A stretch of DNA of 64,000 nt from an uncultured Gemmatimonadales bacterium. GTDB lineage: Bacteria; Gemmatimonadota; Gemmatimonadetes; Gemmatimonadales; GWC2-71-9. The translations under genes were made by a program, and so were the position numbers. The stretch lies in the NCBI GenBank assembly GCA_963821525.1, contig CAWGED010000005.1:896001-960000 (forward strand), in the 5' to 3' direction. The notes under the pieces were generated by a model. That model was not told the origin of the DNA. It was given only the letters and a program-made list of their open reading frames with translations, and made no database searches. Each line of letters opens with the position of its first letter. Position 1 is the stretch's first letter. Below are positions 33,319 to 43,522 of the stretch, piece after piece.

Positions 33319-34240
33319 ATGCCCACTGGAAGAATCGGGGACGCCCCCAAGCTCGGCCTCTGGAGCCGGATCAAACGCATCGCGACCACGGATGTGGGCG
33401 CGCTCATGCGCGGGATGAATGCGGCCGATCTCGAGGCGATGGAGCGGGTGCTGCTGGAGGCGGATTTCGGAGTCAAGGCGACGGTCGAGCTTACCCAGGC
33501 GCTGGAAGACCAGGTGCGCCGTGGTTCGCTCAAGACCGAGAATGACCTGCGCCGCGAGTTGACCGAACGGATCGCCGGGTTGCTGGCCGGCCCGCCCAAT
33601 CCGGAGCGAATCGCCGTCGGAGATGGCGCCGGGTCCCACGGTGGTTCTCTTCATCGGCGTCAACGGGGTGGGGAAGACGACCAGTGTCGCCAAGCTGGCG
33701 CGTCGTCTCACCAAGGAAGGACGCAAGGTGCTGCTGGCCGCGGCCGACACCTACCGGGCCGGCGCAATTCCTCAGCTCCAGGCCTGGGGCGATCGGCTCA
33801 AGATCCCAACCGTTTCAGGCGCGCCGGGTGGCGATCCCGCCGCCGTGGCCTTCGACGCGATCGAGGCAGCCGACAAGCGGGGCAGCGACACTCTCCTCAT
33901 CGATACGGCGGGACGACTCCACACCCAGGAAGGGCTGATGGACGAGCTCCGCAAGGTGGTCCGGGTGATCGCCCGCCGTCGCCCCGGCGCCCCGCACGAG
34001 ACCCTCCTCGTCCTCGATGCCACGGTGGGACAGAACGCGGTGCAGCAGGGCAAACTCTTTCAGAAAGCCGTCGAGCCTACCGGCATCATCGTGACCAAGC
34101 TGGATGGAACCGCCCGCGGCGGCGCGCTCGTGGCCCTGCGGCGCGAGCTCGACCTCCCCATCCGCTTCCTCGGCGTCGGGGAACAGGCCGAGGATCTTGA
34201 GCCGTTTGATCCCGGCGTACGCGGAACGGTTGTTGAGTGA
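33319..34240 (+). CDS. ftsY: Signal recognition particle receptor (frameshift ~33630)
   Basis: LLEADFGV, GVNGVGKTT, AADTYRAGA, DTAGRL, TKLDGTARGG, GVGE. Confidence 0.95.
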
Positions 34241-34353
34241 GAGTACTGAGTACTGAGTACCTAGTACCAGCCAGGTTTGATGAGCCGATATCAGTGCCCG
34301 CCATCAGATTCTACTCGACGCAGTTGTCCTCGGTACTCGGTACTCGGTACTCT
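34241..34353. repeat. Inverted GAGTAC(T/C) heptamer arrays
   Basis: gagtact-gagtact-gagtacc-tagtacc (34241-34268) and ctcggtactcggtactcggtactct (34329-34353). Confidence 0.85.
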
Positions 34354-34357
34354 ACTG

Positions 34358-36421
34358 ATGTCCCTCCGCCTCGACACCCCCGTCAAATTCCTGAAGGGCA
34401 TCGGGGAACGGCGGGCCGAGGCGTTCGCGAGGCTCGGGGTGCACACGGCGGGAGACCTGCTGTGGCACATCCCCTTCCGCTATCTCGATGCATCCACCAT
34501 CACACCGCTGGCCAAGGCCCGAGTAGGAGACGAAGTCGCCTGCATCGGGCGGGTCGTGGCCAAACGGTTGCTGCCGACCCGGCGCGGGCTCCGGATCTTC
34601 CACGCGGTCCTGAAAGACGAGAGCGGTCTGCTCGAGTGTGCCTGGCCCGGTCAGGCCTTTCTCGATCGCACTATCGAAGTCGGACAGACCCTTCTGGTCT
34701 CCGGCACGGTCCGCTTCTATCACGGACGCCAGCTCGCCCCGCGAGAGTTCGTCATCCTGGCCGATCAGGACTCGGACGGCGATGAATCGCTCGGCGGCCG
34801 GGTGCTTCCGGTCTATCCCGCCACCGAAGGGCTGAGCCACAAGACGATCCGGGGGTTGGTCAACCGGCATCTCGATGAGTTGGTCAGCCTCGCACCGGAC
34901 GTTCTTCCGGAGACGCTGCGAGGGGACGGGGTTCCGTCGCTGCCCGAGGCGCTCGAGGCGGTTCACCGCCCCGACTCTCTCGAGCACGCCGAACTCGGGC
35001 GGCGCCGTCTCGCCTTCGATGAACTGCTGGATCTGCAACTGATGCTCGCCCGGGCCCGGCTCATCGCAAAGCGAGGACGGAGCGGCGTAGCCTTTCAGAT
35101 CCGGCACGACCTCACCCGTGGTCTGGCGCAGTCGCTTCCCTGGAAGCTGACCGCCGATCAGAAGCGTGCCATCCGTGAGATCACTGCCGACATGACCTCG
35201 CCGGAACGAATGCACCGGATCCTCATGGGCGACGTGGGGACCGGGAAGACGGTCGTGGCCTTGTTTGCCATGCTGCTCGCTCTGGAGAACGGCTACCAGG
35301 CGGCTCTCATGGCCCCGACCGAGTTGCTGGCCGAACAGCATGCCGTAACCCTCACCGAGCTGCTCGCGCCTTTGCGGATTCGACCCGAGCTTCTCCTGGG
35401 TCGTCTTACCAACGCCGAGAAGGCCGATCGGCGGAGCCGGCTGTCCAACGGCAGTCTCCGGCTGGTGGTGGGCACCCATGCGCTGGTTCAGGAGAGCGTG
35501 TCCTTCCAGCGCCTGGGTCTGGTGGTGATCGACGAGCAGCACCGCTTCGGCGTCGAGCAGCGGGCGGCGCTGGTCGCAAAAGGCGCGGCACCCGATGTAC
35601 TGCTACTCACTGCGACTCCGATCCCTCGTTCGCTCGCCCTCACCCGGTTCGGAGATCTCGATCTCTCCGCCATCAAGACCCGTCCGCCAGGCCGTGGCAA
35701 GGTCAAGACCGGCGTACGCACCGCGAAACAGCGGGATCAGGCGTTCGCATTTGTGCGGGAGCAATGTCTCGCGGGACGTCAGGCCTACGTCGTGTTGCCG
35801 GTCATCGAGGAAACGGAGCGGGCCGACTTGAGGGCCGCGACCACCATGGCCGAGCTGTTGAAGCAGAAGTGGTCTGACGTGACGGTGGGACTGGTACACG
35901 GCCGGCTCAAGCCGGAAGAGCGGGACCTCGAGATGCGGCGCTTCCGCGCCGGCGAGATCCAGGTACTGGTGGCCACGACGGTCATCGAGGTCGGTATCGA
36001 CGTGCCGAACGCCACCGTGATGCTCATTGAGCACCCGGAGCGGTTCGGCCTCGCCCAACTTCACCAGCTGAGAGGGAGAGTTGGTCGCGGATCGTCCGAG
36101 AGCTTCTGCATCCTCCTCACCGACGGCTCGCCAGCACCTCGGCTCAAGGCCTTCGCCGCGACCGAAGATGGATTCAAGATCGCCGAGCTGGACCTCCAGG
36201 AGCGGAAGATGGGGGACCTGATCGGCGCTCGTCAGGCAGGGAGCTTCGACCTGAAGCTTGCGCGGTTACCGGACGACGGGGACTTGCTGGAACAGACGAT
36301 GGAAATTGCGAGGACTATTCTGGAAGGAGACCCGTTGCTGGTCCAGAAACGTCACGCCGCGTTGAAGCAGCGGGCGTTGGGGCGGTATCCGAGGGCGGTG
36401 GAGTTGTTTCGGACGGGATGA
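34358..36421 (+). CDS. recG: ATP-dependent DNA helicase RecG
   Basis: LKGIG, GDVGTGKT, APTELLAEQH, IDEQHRFGV, TATPIPR, GLAQLHQLRGRVGRG. Confidence 0.97.
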   Translation: MSLRLDTPVKFLKGIGERRAEAFARLGVHTAGDLLWHIPFRYLDASTITPLAKARVGDEVACIGRVVAKRLLPTRRGLRIFHAVLKDESGLLECAWPGQAFLDRTIEVGQTLLVSGTVRFYHGRQLAPREFVILADQDSDGDESLGGRVLPVYPATEGLSHKTIRGLVNRHLDELVSLAPDVLPETLRGDGVPSLPEALEAVHRPDSLEHAELGRRRLAFDELLDLQLMLARARLIAKRGRSGVAFQIRHDLTRGLAQSLPWKLTADQKRAIREITADMTSPERMHRILMGDVGTGKTVVALFAMLLALENGYQAALMAPTELLAEQHAVTLTELLAPLRIRPELLLGRLTNAEKADRRSRLSNGSLRLVVGTHALVQESVSFQRLGLVVIDEQHRFGVEQRAALVAKGAAPDVLLLTATPIPRSLALTRFGDLDLSAIKTRPPGRGKVKTGVRTAKQRDQAFAFVREQCLAGRQAYVVLPVIEETERADLRAATTMAELLKQKWSDVTVGLVHGRLKPEERDLEMRRFRAGEIQVLVATTVIEVGIDVPNATVMLIEHPERFGLAQLHQLRGRVGRGSSESFCILLTDGSPAPRLKAFAATEDGFKIAELDLQERKMGDLIGARQAGSFDLKLARLPDDGDLLEQTMEIARTILEGDPLLVQKRHAALKQRALGRYPRAVELFRTG

Positions 36422-36578
36422 GGCGGACAGGCGGACAGGGCGGACAGGCGGACGGCGGCACGGAGGCAATGGCAGTCATTGCGGAGCCCGCGCCGTGGAT
36501 CTCGCTGCGGGACGCGGCAATCTCGCGAACTCGGGGGCCTCGCAATGACTCGGTACTCGGTACTCGGTACTCGGTACT
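36422..36578. repeat. Composite intergenic repeat: GGCGGACA array, AGTCATTGCG/CGCAATGACT-bounded element, (CTCGGTA)4
   Basis: Read directly from the sequence between convergent genes. Confidence 0.8.
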
Positions 36579-36582
36579 AACA

Positions 36583-37083
36583 CTAAAACTCCACCCTAAA
36601 CCCCAGCCTCGTCTGACTCCCCACCACACTCACCTCGGGCTCGAACGGAATGTTCTTCGGAGGATTCTTGGGTCGGGTCAGCTCCCAGACAAACAGCGCG
36701 GCCGAACCGAGTAGAGTCACTTCGCCGCCGTAGAGCCAGAGCGCGGGCCTGGTCGTCGTAGTGGAGTGTGGTCTGGTAGAGATCCTCCGCCACCGGATCC
36801 TCATAGGCGCCATCGGAGCCGCGGGTGCAGCGAGGCGGATCACTGAAGCAGAGCGTCTGGAGATCGTCGTAGCTCTCGTCGGCCTTGTCGTGGGTCGTCG
36901 CCGCCTTGATGCTCATCCCGGCCGCAAGTCCCAACAAAAGGAACTTGCCGTACTTCACGTAGAACGGTGACGAGTGGTGGTACAGGGTGTCCGCGGCGCT
37001 TGCGCCGCCAGCGGAGCGGTAAAGCCGAGCGTCACCGCGGCAAGCAGAGCGACAAGCAGACAGCGACTCCCCGGGCATCTCAT
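36583..37083 (-). CDS. Hypothetical secreted/membrane protein (frameshifted)
   Basis: Pieces SSPFYVKYGKFLLLGLAAG...LCFSDPPRC and LWLYGGEVTLLGSAALFVWEL...GFRVEF* in two frames. Confidence 0.55.
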
Positions 37084-38179
37084 ATGCTGAATCGGGAGAG
37101 TTGCCCTTCGGCGCCGACACCGAAGACAGTCGAGTCATTCATCAGAAAGGGCGCCACCTCGACCGGGCGACCGACATGAACTTTCCATGCCTCGGCCCCG
37201 GTGGAATCGATCGCATGGATATCACCATCCGCCGCTCCCACAAGAATCCAGTTCTTCAGGAAGACCGGCTCGGTCGTGACCGGCATGTCGAGCGCTGCGA
37301 TGCGGTCCAGGGTCGGTTCGCCGCTGAGCAGGACGCGATAGATCGAGCCGATCCGGGTCACGACGATCAACGTATCTCCCCGCAAGGCCGGAGACTGCAG
37401 CACGGGCGCATCCACCCGGAGCCGCCATTCGGTGCGGAGAGTCGCACGGTCTACTGCGATAATCGCCGAGTCGGCGGTGACGCCGATGACCTGGCTGTCC
37501 CGTTCGACCCATTCGGTGACCAGAATCCCCGGCGAGCGGACGTGGGCAGTCACGTGCCCGTTTCGCCGCTCGACCAGGAACAGAGAATCCAGTGAGGCCA
37601 CCAGGAGGTTTTGCTGGTCCGCCGCTACCGGCGGCACCCGAGTCCTGCCAAGGTGGGTGCGCCACTGGATCTTGCCCTTGTCCGGGTCGAGTGCCAGCAA
37701 CGTCCCCTCGCGATTCATCACGAACAACTGACCATCGATCAGGCGAAGTGGAACGTCGACGTATCCCGTCCCCGTGGTCCACTCCTTCCCTCCGCTGGTC
37801 GGATGGATTGCGTGGACCTGCCCTCCTGGCTGATCGGTCGCGGCATAGACTAATGTCGGAGAGCGCAGGACTCCCGCATTCCCGGGCCCGGAGAGCCGGA
37901 CCACCCAGCGATTCTTACCCGACGCGAGGTCCACCGCGGTGAGCCGCCGGTCGGTACCGGTGACGTAAATGCAAAGACTGTCCACGGCCAGCGGTCCGCT
38001 GGGCCCCCGCACCGAATGGCGGCTCCAGACCTGAGTGAGCGGTGTGTTGACCACGGGGACCGGCATCGAGAGCGTGGGAGGCGTAAAATCCGGTTCGGGG
38101 CGATATCCAGCCGCAGCCCGCGTTGACGCTCCCTACCAGCAGCGCTAGACTCCACGCCCCCAACCGAACTCGTTTCCAT
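37080..38179 (-). CDS. PQQ-like beta-propeller lipoprotein (BamB-like)
   Basis: Repeated AVDLASGKNRW / AIHPTSGGKEW / ALDPDKGKIQW motifs. Lipoprotein-like leader (LALLVGSVNAGC) in a shifted frame. Confidence 0.75.
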
Positions 38180-38196
38180 CCTTCAGCCGAACGCTC

Positions 38197-39492
38197 ATGA
38201 CGATTGCCCGGATCGAGGATCTGAAACTGCACGTCGGCCAGCCGGTGACGGTAAATGGCTGGGTGACCACGACCCGTTCCAGCGGCAAGATCGCCTTCGT
38301 CGTCCTGCGCGACGGGAGCGGTTTGGTTCAATGCGTTCTGGCCAAGAAGGAAGTCCCGGAAGAGTCCTGGAATCGCTTCCAGGCCCTTACGCAGGAGACC
38401 AGTGTTGCCGCGACCGGCATCGTGCGGGAGGACGCGCGCAGTCCTGGTGGCTTCGAGTTGCAGCTGTCGCAGATTGAGATCCTGGGAACGAGCGTGGATT
38501 ATCCCATCACTCCTAAAGAGCATGGGACGAGTTACCTCTTCGAGCATAGACACCTCTGGCTCCGGAGCTCACGCCAGACCGCCATCGCGCGGGTGCGGCA
38601 CGAAGTCATCCAGGCCATCCGGGACTTCTTCTACAATAACGGCTTTACGCTGGTCGATACCCCGATCCTGACCGGGTCAATCGGGGAGCAGGCCGGTGAA
38701 CTGTTCAGTACCGACTACTTCGATTTGGGCAAGGCTTATCTCGCACAGACCGGGCAGCTCTATGTAGAAGCCGCCGCCGCGGCGCTCGGCAAGGTCTACT
38801 GCTTCGGCCCCACCTTCCGTGCGGAAAAGTCCAAGACTCGCCGGCACCTCACCGAGTTCTGGATGGTCGAGCCCGAAGTCGCGTTCAACGATTCCGATGC
38901 CAACATGAGGCTCCAGGAGCAGTTCATCAGCTACATCGTCGAACGGGCCCTGGAACGGCGCCAGGAGGAGCTCAAGCTGCTGGAGCGCGATACGGCGCCT
39001 CTGGAAAAGATCAGTCCGCCATTCCCCAGGATTTCCTACACCGATGGGGTTGCCCGGCTCAACTCGCTGGGTTCGGACATGCAATGGGGCGCAGACCTGG
39101 GTGGCGACGACGAGACCACCCTGGCGAAGGAACATGAGAAGCCCCTGCTGGTCTTCAACTACCCGAAGCAGGTCAAAGCCTTCTACATGAAGGAAAATCC
39201 CGACGATCCCCGGACCGTGCTCAACAACGACTGTCTGGCGCCGGAAGGCTACGGCGAGATCATCGGCGGCTCACAGCGCGAGGACAATTACGACCGCCTG
39301 CTCGCCCGGATCAAGGAACAGGGACTCGACCCGGATGCCTACCGTTGGTACCTCGATTTGAGGAAATACGGAACCTTCGTCCACTCCGGCTTCGGACTCG
39401 GCGTCGAGCGGACCGTTGCATGGATCTGCGGCGTGCCGCACGTGAGAGAGTGTATCGCGTTTCCGCGGCAGGTGCATCGTATTTACCCGTAG
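38197..39492 (+). CDS. asnS: Asparagine--tRNA ligase
   Basis: YLAQTGQLY, FGPTFRAEKSKTRRHLTEFWMVEPE, EIIGGSQRE, WYLDLRKYG, GFGLGVER. Confidence 0.97.
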   Translation: MTIARIEDLKLHVGQPVTVNGWVTTTRSSGKIAFVVLRDGSGLVQCVLAKKEVPEESWNRFQALTQETSVAATGIVREDARSPGGFELQLSQIEILGTSVDYPITPKEHGTSYLFEHRHLWLRSSRQTAIARVRHEVIQAIRDFFYNNGFTLVDTPILTGSIGEQAGELFSTDYFDLGKAYLAQTGQLYVEAAAAALGKVYCFGPTFRAEKSKTRRHLTEFWMVEPEVAFNDSDANMRLQEQFISYIVERALERRQEELKLLERDTAPLEKISPPFPRISYTDGVARLNSLGSDMQWGADLGGDDETTLAKEHEKPLLVFNYPKQVKAFYMKENPDDPRTVLNNDCLAPEGYGEIIGGSQREDNYDRLLARIKEQGLDPDAYRWYLDLRKYGTFVHSGFGLGVERTVAWICGVPHVRECIAFPRQVHRIYP

Positions 39493-39513
39493 GCCATGGC
39501 CGACGGTGAGCTC

Positions 39514-39649
39514 GCCGTCAGCCGTCAGCCGTCAGCCGTTAGCCGTTAGCTATTAGCTGTTAGCTGTTAGTCCCCACTACCCACCACCCACTACCCACAA
39601 CCCCTCTCACTGCTCACCCTTCTCCCCGTCTCCCGTCTCCCGTCTCCCG
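39514..39649. repeat. Three stacked heptamer arrays (GCYRTYA x8, CCCACHA x4, CCCGTCT x3)
   Basis: Arrays at 39514-39569, 39573-39600 and 39625-39649. The last overlaps the mazG 3' end. Confidence 0.85.
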
Positions 39650-40459
39650 CTGTTTCACCTCCTCCCATAACCCGTCCAACACCTCCAGCCCCGCTGTAGA
39701 CATATCGATGCCGCGTTGGGCCGCGAGACGCTCCAGGGCTTCGAACCGGGCGCGGAATTTTCGGTTGGCGCGGTCCAGCGCTGTGTGAGGCTGCACTCGA
39801 AGCTTCCGCGCCAGATTCACGACCGCGAATAGCAAATCACCGATTTCGTCGGTTATCTCATCTGATGCTGGTGGATTCACAGGTTCGGGTGGCGTCGGGT
39901 CGGACGGGGCGGACGAAGCTGTTACGTCCGTCCTGTCCGTCCTGCCCGCCCCGACCGCCGCCTCCACTTCTTCTAACTCTTCCCGCACCTTCACCATCGG
40001 CCCCGCCGCATCCGGCCAGTCGAACCCAACGGTCGCCGCGCGCTCCTGGAGGCGATAGGCCAGCAGAAGGCCGGGCAGAGCAGAGGGTAAGCCGGCGAGG
40101 ACGCCGTTCGGATTCTCCCGCCGCTTCAGGGCTCCCCAATTGGTCGGTGGTCCCAGATCGAAGAGATGAGGGTGACGCCGCTTCATCTTCTTCTCGAGGT
40201 CGTCGGCGATTTGATCGGCGGTGAATTCGTCGTGCTCGTCTGCGAGGACAAGCTGCCAGGCCAGATGGAGCAGCAAGTCAGCGACCTCGTCCCTGATCGC
40301 AGCGCGATCGTTGTCGCTCAAGGCCTGGTCCAGCTCGAAGACCTCTTCGACCAGGTAAGGCCGGAGAGTCTCCCGGGTCTGGACCCGGTCCCATGGGCAC
40401 CGCCGGCGAAGGTCTTGAACCATCGCGACAGCACGTCCAAGCGCTGAATTCTCTTGCAT
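39614..40459 (-). CDS. mazG: Nucleoside triphosphate pyrophosphohydrolase
   Basis: CPWDRVQT, EEVFE, DEVADLL, RRHPH, GFDW, EIGDLLFAVVNLAR, ANRKFRARF. Confidence 0.93.
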   Translation of the reverse strand: MQENSALGRAVAMVQDLRRRCPWDRVQTRETLRPYLVEEVFELDQALSDNDRAAIRDEVADLLLHLAWQLVLADEHDEFTADQIADDLEKKMKRRHPHLFDLGPPTNWGALKRRENPNGVLAGLPSALPGLLLAYRLQERAATVGFDWPDAAGPMVKVREELEEVEAAVGAGRTDRTDVTASSAPSDPTPPEPVNPPASDEITDEIGDLLFAVVNLARKLRVQPHTALDRANRKFRARFEALERLAAQRGIDMSTAGLEVLDGLWEEVKQRETGDGRRGEG

Positions 40460-40500
40460 TTATCCTCCTTGCCCGATAGAATACCCGCCGGCCAAGAACG

Positions 40501-41556
40501 ATGTCAATTCCGGACGAGACGGCGCGGGCGTGGGCCGAGATCAGCCTCGACGCCCTGGTCGCCAACGCCCGCACGGTGGCCGGAGTTTCCGGCGCCCGCC
40601 TGCTCCCCATGGTCAAAGCGAACGGCTACGGCCTCGGTGCGCCGATGGTGGCCCGGGCGCTCGAGGCGGTCGACCCGTGGGGTTTCGGTGTCGCCACGGT
40701 AGAGGAAGGAACCTCACTTCGCGCCGCCGGCATCATACGACCGATTCTGGTCTTCGCACCGCTCACTCCCCGTCTCATCCCGCGATACCTGGCTCAGGAC
40801 CTTCGACCTGCGATAAGTGATCTTCAGTCGCTGGACGCATGGATCGGCACGGGCAACAGCCCATTTCATGTGGAAATCGATACTGGGATGTCCCGAACCG
40901 GCTTCCGCTGGAATGACGATGCGACCTGGCAGAACCGGCTCCGCAGCGCAGCTGGTTTCGAGGGCATCTTCACCCATTTTCACTCGGCCGAGACCGATCC
41001 GGCATCGGTGGAGGTGCAATGGGGCCGGCTGAGGCAGGTCGTCGGTTCGCTGTCGGGGAAGGGCACTCTGGTCCATGCCGCCAATAGCGCAGCTGCGCTT
41101 CGAGGTCGTGCTTATGCCGGAGATCTCGTACGCCCCGGCATCTTTCTCTACGGAGGAGGAGCGGGAGGCCCGGTTCCTGAACCCGTCGTCAAGCTGCGCA
41201 CTCGGGTCGTAGCGACTCGCCGGATCAACCCTGGCGATACCGTGAGCTACGGCGCCACCTGGACCGCGCCTGGCGAGACCCTGATCGCAACACTCGGAAT
41301 CGGCTACGCCGACGGAGTACCTCGCAGCCTGGGTAATTCCGGCATCGTAGAGTTGAGAGGGAAACTTGCGCCGGTGGTCGGGCGGGTGACCATGGATTAC
41401 ACCATGGTCGCGTGTGAGGGTCCCTGTGCGGTGGGAGATATCGCGACCGTTTACGGTGGACTCGTCTCGCTGGACCAGCAGGCTGAACGCGCGGGGACCA
41501 TTTCCTACGAACTACTCACGTCGATCGGCGCGCGACTGCCGCGCTACTATGTCTGA
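40501..41556 (+). CDS. alr: Alanine racemase
   Basis: MVKANGYGLG, IDTGMSRTG, VRPGIFLYG, IGYADG, VGRVTMD, TISYELL. Confidence 0.96.
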   Translation: MSIPDETARAWAEISLDALVANARTVAGVSGARLLPMVKANGYGLGAPMVARALEAVDPWGFGVATVEEGTSLRAAGIIRPILVFAPLTPRLIPRYLAQDLRPAISDLQSLDAWIGTGNSPFHVEIDTGMSRTGFRWNDDATWQNRLRSAAGFEGIFTHFHSAETDPASVEVQWGRLRQVVGSLSGKGTLVHAANSAAALRGRAYAGDLVRPGIFLYGGGAGGPVPEPVVKLRTRVVATRRINPGDTVSYGATWTAPGETLIATLGIGYADGVPRSLGNSGIVELRGKLAPVVGRVTMDYTMVACEGPCAVGDIATVYGGLVSLDQQAERAGTISYELLTSIGARLPRYYV

Positions 41557-41571
41557 GTCACGATCGGAACA

Positions 41572-41823
41572 ATGAACCCTCACTTTGCTTCGCTGGTTAC
41601 CGGCCTGGCCTACCAGGCAGATCAGGCCCTCAACGGAAATGTCCCTCCGCATCCGGGAGGCGAGACGGTCAACCCCCGCGACGTGGCACGCACCCTGATC
41701 GACACGCTGGGGATGCTGGAGGAGAAAACCGCGGGGCAGCTCGACGAGGACGAGTCGAGTTTGCTCGCAAGTGCCCTCACCGCCTTGCGGTTCCGGTTCG
41801 TATCCACGGAGAAGAAGAATTGA
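41572..41823 (+). CDS. DUF1844-like small protein
   Basis: F..LV..L...ARTLIDTLGMLEEKTAGQLDEDESSLL...LRFRFV pattern. Confidence 0.75.
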   Translation: MNPHFASLVTGLAYQADQALNGNVPPHPGGETVNPRDVARTLIDTLGMLEEKTAGQLDEDESSLLASALTALRFRFVSTEKKN

Positions 41824-41944
41824 GATTGCCGATTGCCGATTGTCGATTAAAAACTGCGGATAAGATTGCTGATTGCCGATTGTCGATTGACAGCGACGGT
41901 CGGTGGATCGCCACCCCAATCGGCAATCGGCAATCGTCAATTGA
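41824..41944. repeat. Inverted GATTGYC heptamer arrays
   Basis: Two forward runs (41824-41848, 41864-41891) and a reverse run caatcgg-caatcgg-caatcgt-caattga (41917-41944). Confidence 0.85.
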
Positions 41945-41949
41945 CACGC

Positions 41950-43117
41950 ATGCGTCGGGCCGCCCTCATTGTCCTGGACGGCGTCGGTATCGGGCCCGCC
42001 CCCGACACCGACCAGTACGGCGATACCGGCAGCGATACGCTCGGTAACGTCTCCCGCGCCGTCGGGTGGCCTTGCGCTTCCTCATCTCGAGGCGTTGGGG
42101 CTCGGCTGCTGTGCTCCGCTCGCCGGAGTGCGCGCGGTAGAGCAGCCCGCGGCGGCCTGGGGCATCGCCCAGCCGATCAGCGCCGGGAAGGACAGCACGA
42201 CCGGCCACTGGGAGCTCTGCGGTGTGGTGGTCGATAAGCCATTCCCCACCTACCCGAACGGTTTCCCTCAGACCTTCCTCGACGAGTTCTCGGTGCGGAC
42301 CGGCCGCTCCGTGCTGGGCAATCGAGCCGCCTCCGGGACCGCCATCATCGACGAGCTCGGCGCCGAACACATGCGCACCGGCGCCTGGATCCTCTACACC
42401 TCGGCCGACAGTGTTTGCCAGATCGCAGCTCATGAGGCCGTGGTTCCGCTTCATGAGCTCTATCAGGCTTGCCGGGTCGCGCGCGAGCTGCTCACCGGCA
42501 CCGATGGGGTCGCCCGGGTCATTGCGCGCCCCTTCATCGGCTCGCCGGGTGCCTGGCAGCGCACGGCGCACCGGAAAGACCTGAGCCTCCCGCCGCCGGG
42601 TCCCACGCTGCTCGATCATCTGGCCGATGTCTACGTACCACGTATCGGCATCGGAAAGGTGGACGATCTCTTCGCCGGACGCGCAATCACCAGCATTCAC
42701 ATGGCGAAGAACGGCGAAGCGTATCAGGGAATCATTTCGGCGCTGCGCACCATGTCGCGCGGGTTGTTGTTCGCCAACGTGGTCGAATTCGATCAGACCT
42801 GGGGCCACCGCAACGACCTCGCGGGATACGTGGCCGGGCTGCGGGAACTCGACGCCGCGATCCCCCATTTGCTGGCGCCTGTACGGGAGGACGACCTCGT
42901 TATCTTTACCGCCGATCATGGGAATGACCCGACGACCCCCTCGACGGATCATTCTCGCGAGGTGGTGCCGGTGCTGGTGTACGGCCCGCGAATACGCCGG
43001 CGTCCCCTTGGAGTACGCTCGACGTTCGCGGACATCGGGCAGACGGTCGCAGAATTTCTCGGCGCGGCGCCCCTGCCGGCCGGCCGATCGTTCCTGACGG
43101 AGATCTGGGATGGATGA
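41950..43117 (+). CDS. deoB: Phosphopentomutase (frameshift ~42065)
   Basis: [51 protein letters not shown]. Confidence 0.95.
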
Positions 43118-43502
43118 CGTCCTCCTGCGAGCTGCTCGCGAGGCGCAGGCACGTGCGTATTGCCCTTACTCTCGGTTCGCGGTGGGCGCGGCGCTCGAGG
43201 CCGAGGACGGACGAATCTTCGTCGGATGCAACGTGGAGAATGCGTCGTACGGCTTGACCCAGTGCGCCGAGCGCGCTGCGGTCACTGCGGCAGTTTCCGC
43301 AGGAGCGAGACGCTTTCGTCGTTTGGTGCTGGTAACCGAAGCGGAACCTCCGGCGCCGCCTTGCGGGGCGTGCCGGCAGGTGCTGGTCGAGTTCGGTAGA
43401 GACTTGAAGATCGAGAGCGTGGGGACCGCCAGCCGGCAGGAATGGCTGCTGGCAGCGTTGCTGCCGGAGCCATTCGACGGCGGCTCCCTGGGTACCGGCT
43501 GA
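43110..43502 (+). CDS. cdd: Cytidine deaminase
   Basis: [31 protein letters not shown]. Confidence 0.95.
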   Translation: MDDVLLRAAREAQARAYCPYSRFAVGAALEAEDGRIFVGCNVENASYGLTQCAERAAVTAAVSAGARRFRRLVLVTEAEPPAPPCGACRQVLVEFGRDLKIESVGTASRQEWLLAALLPEPFDGGSLGTG

Positions 43503-43522
43503 ACCTTGTTCAAAAAGACTGA

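Noticed and set aside
41820..42047. Short ORFs made of heptamer repeats (e.g. MRLPIADCRL..., also 34237-34785 and 36418-36714)
   Set aside because: They are translations of the repeat arrays, with no evidence of being genes.
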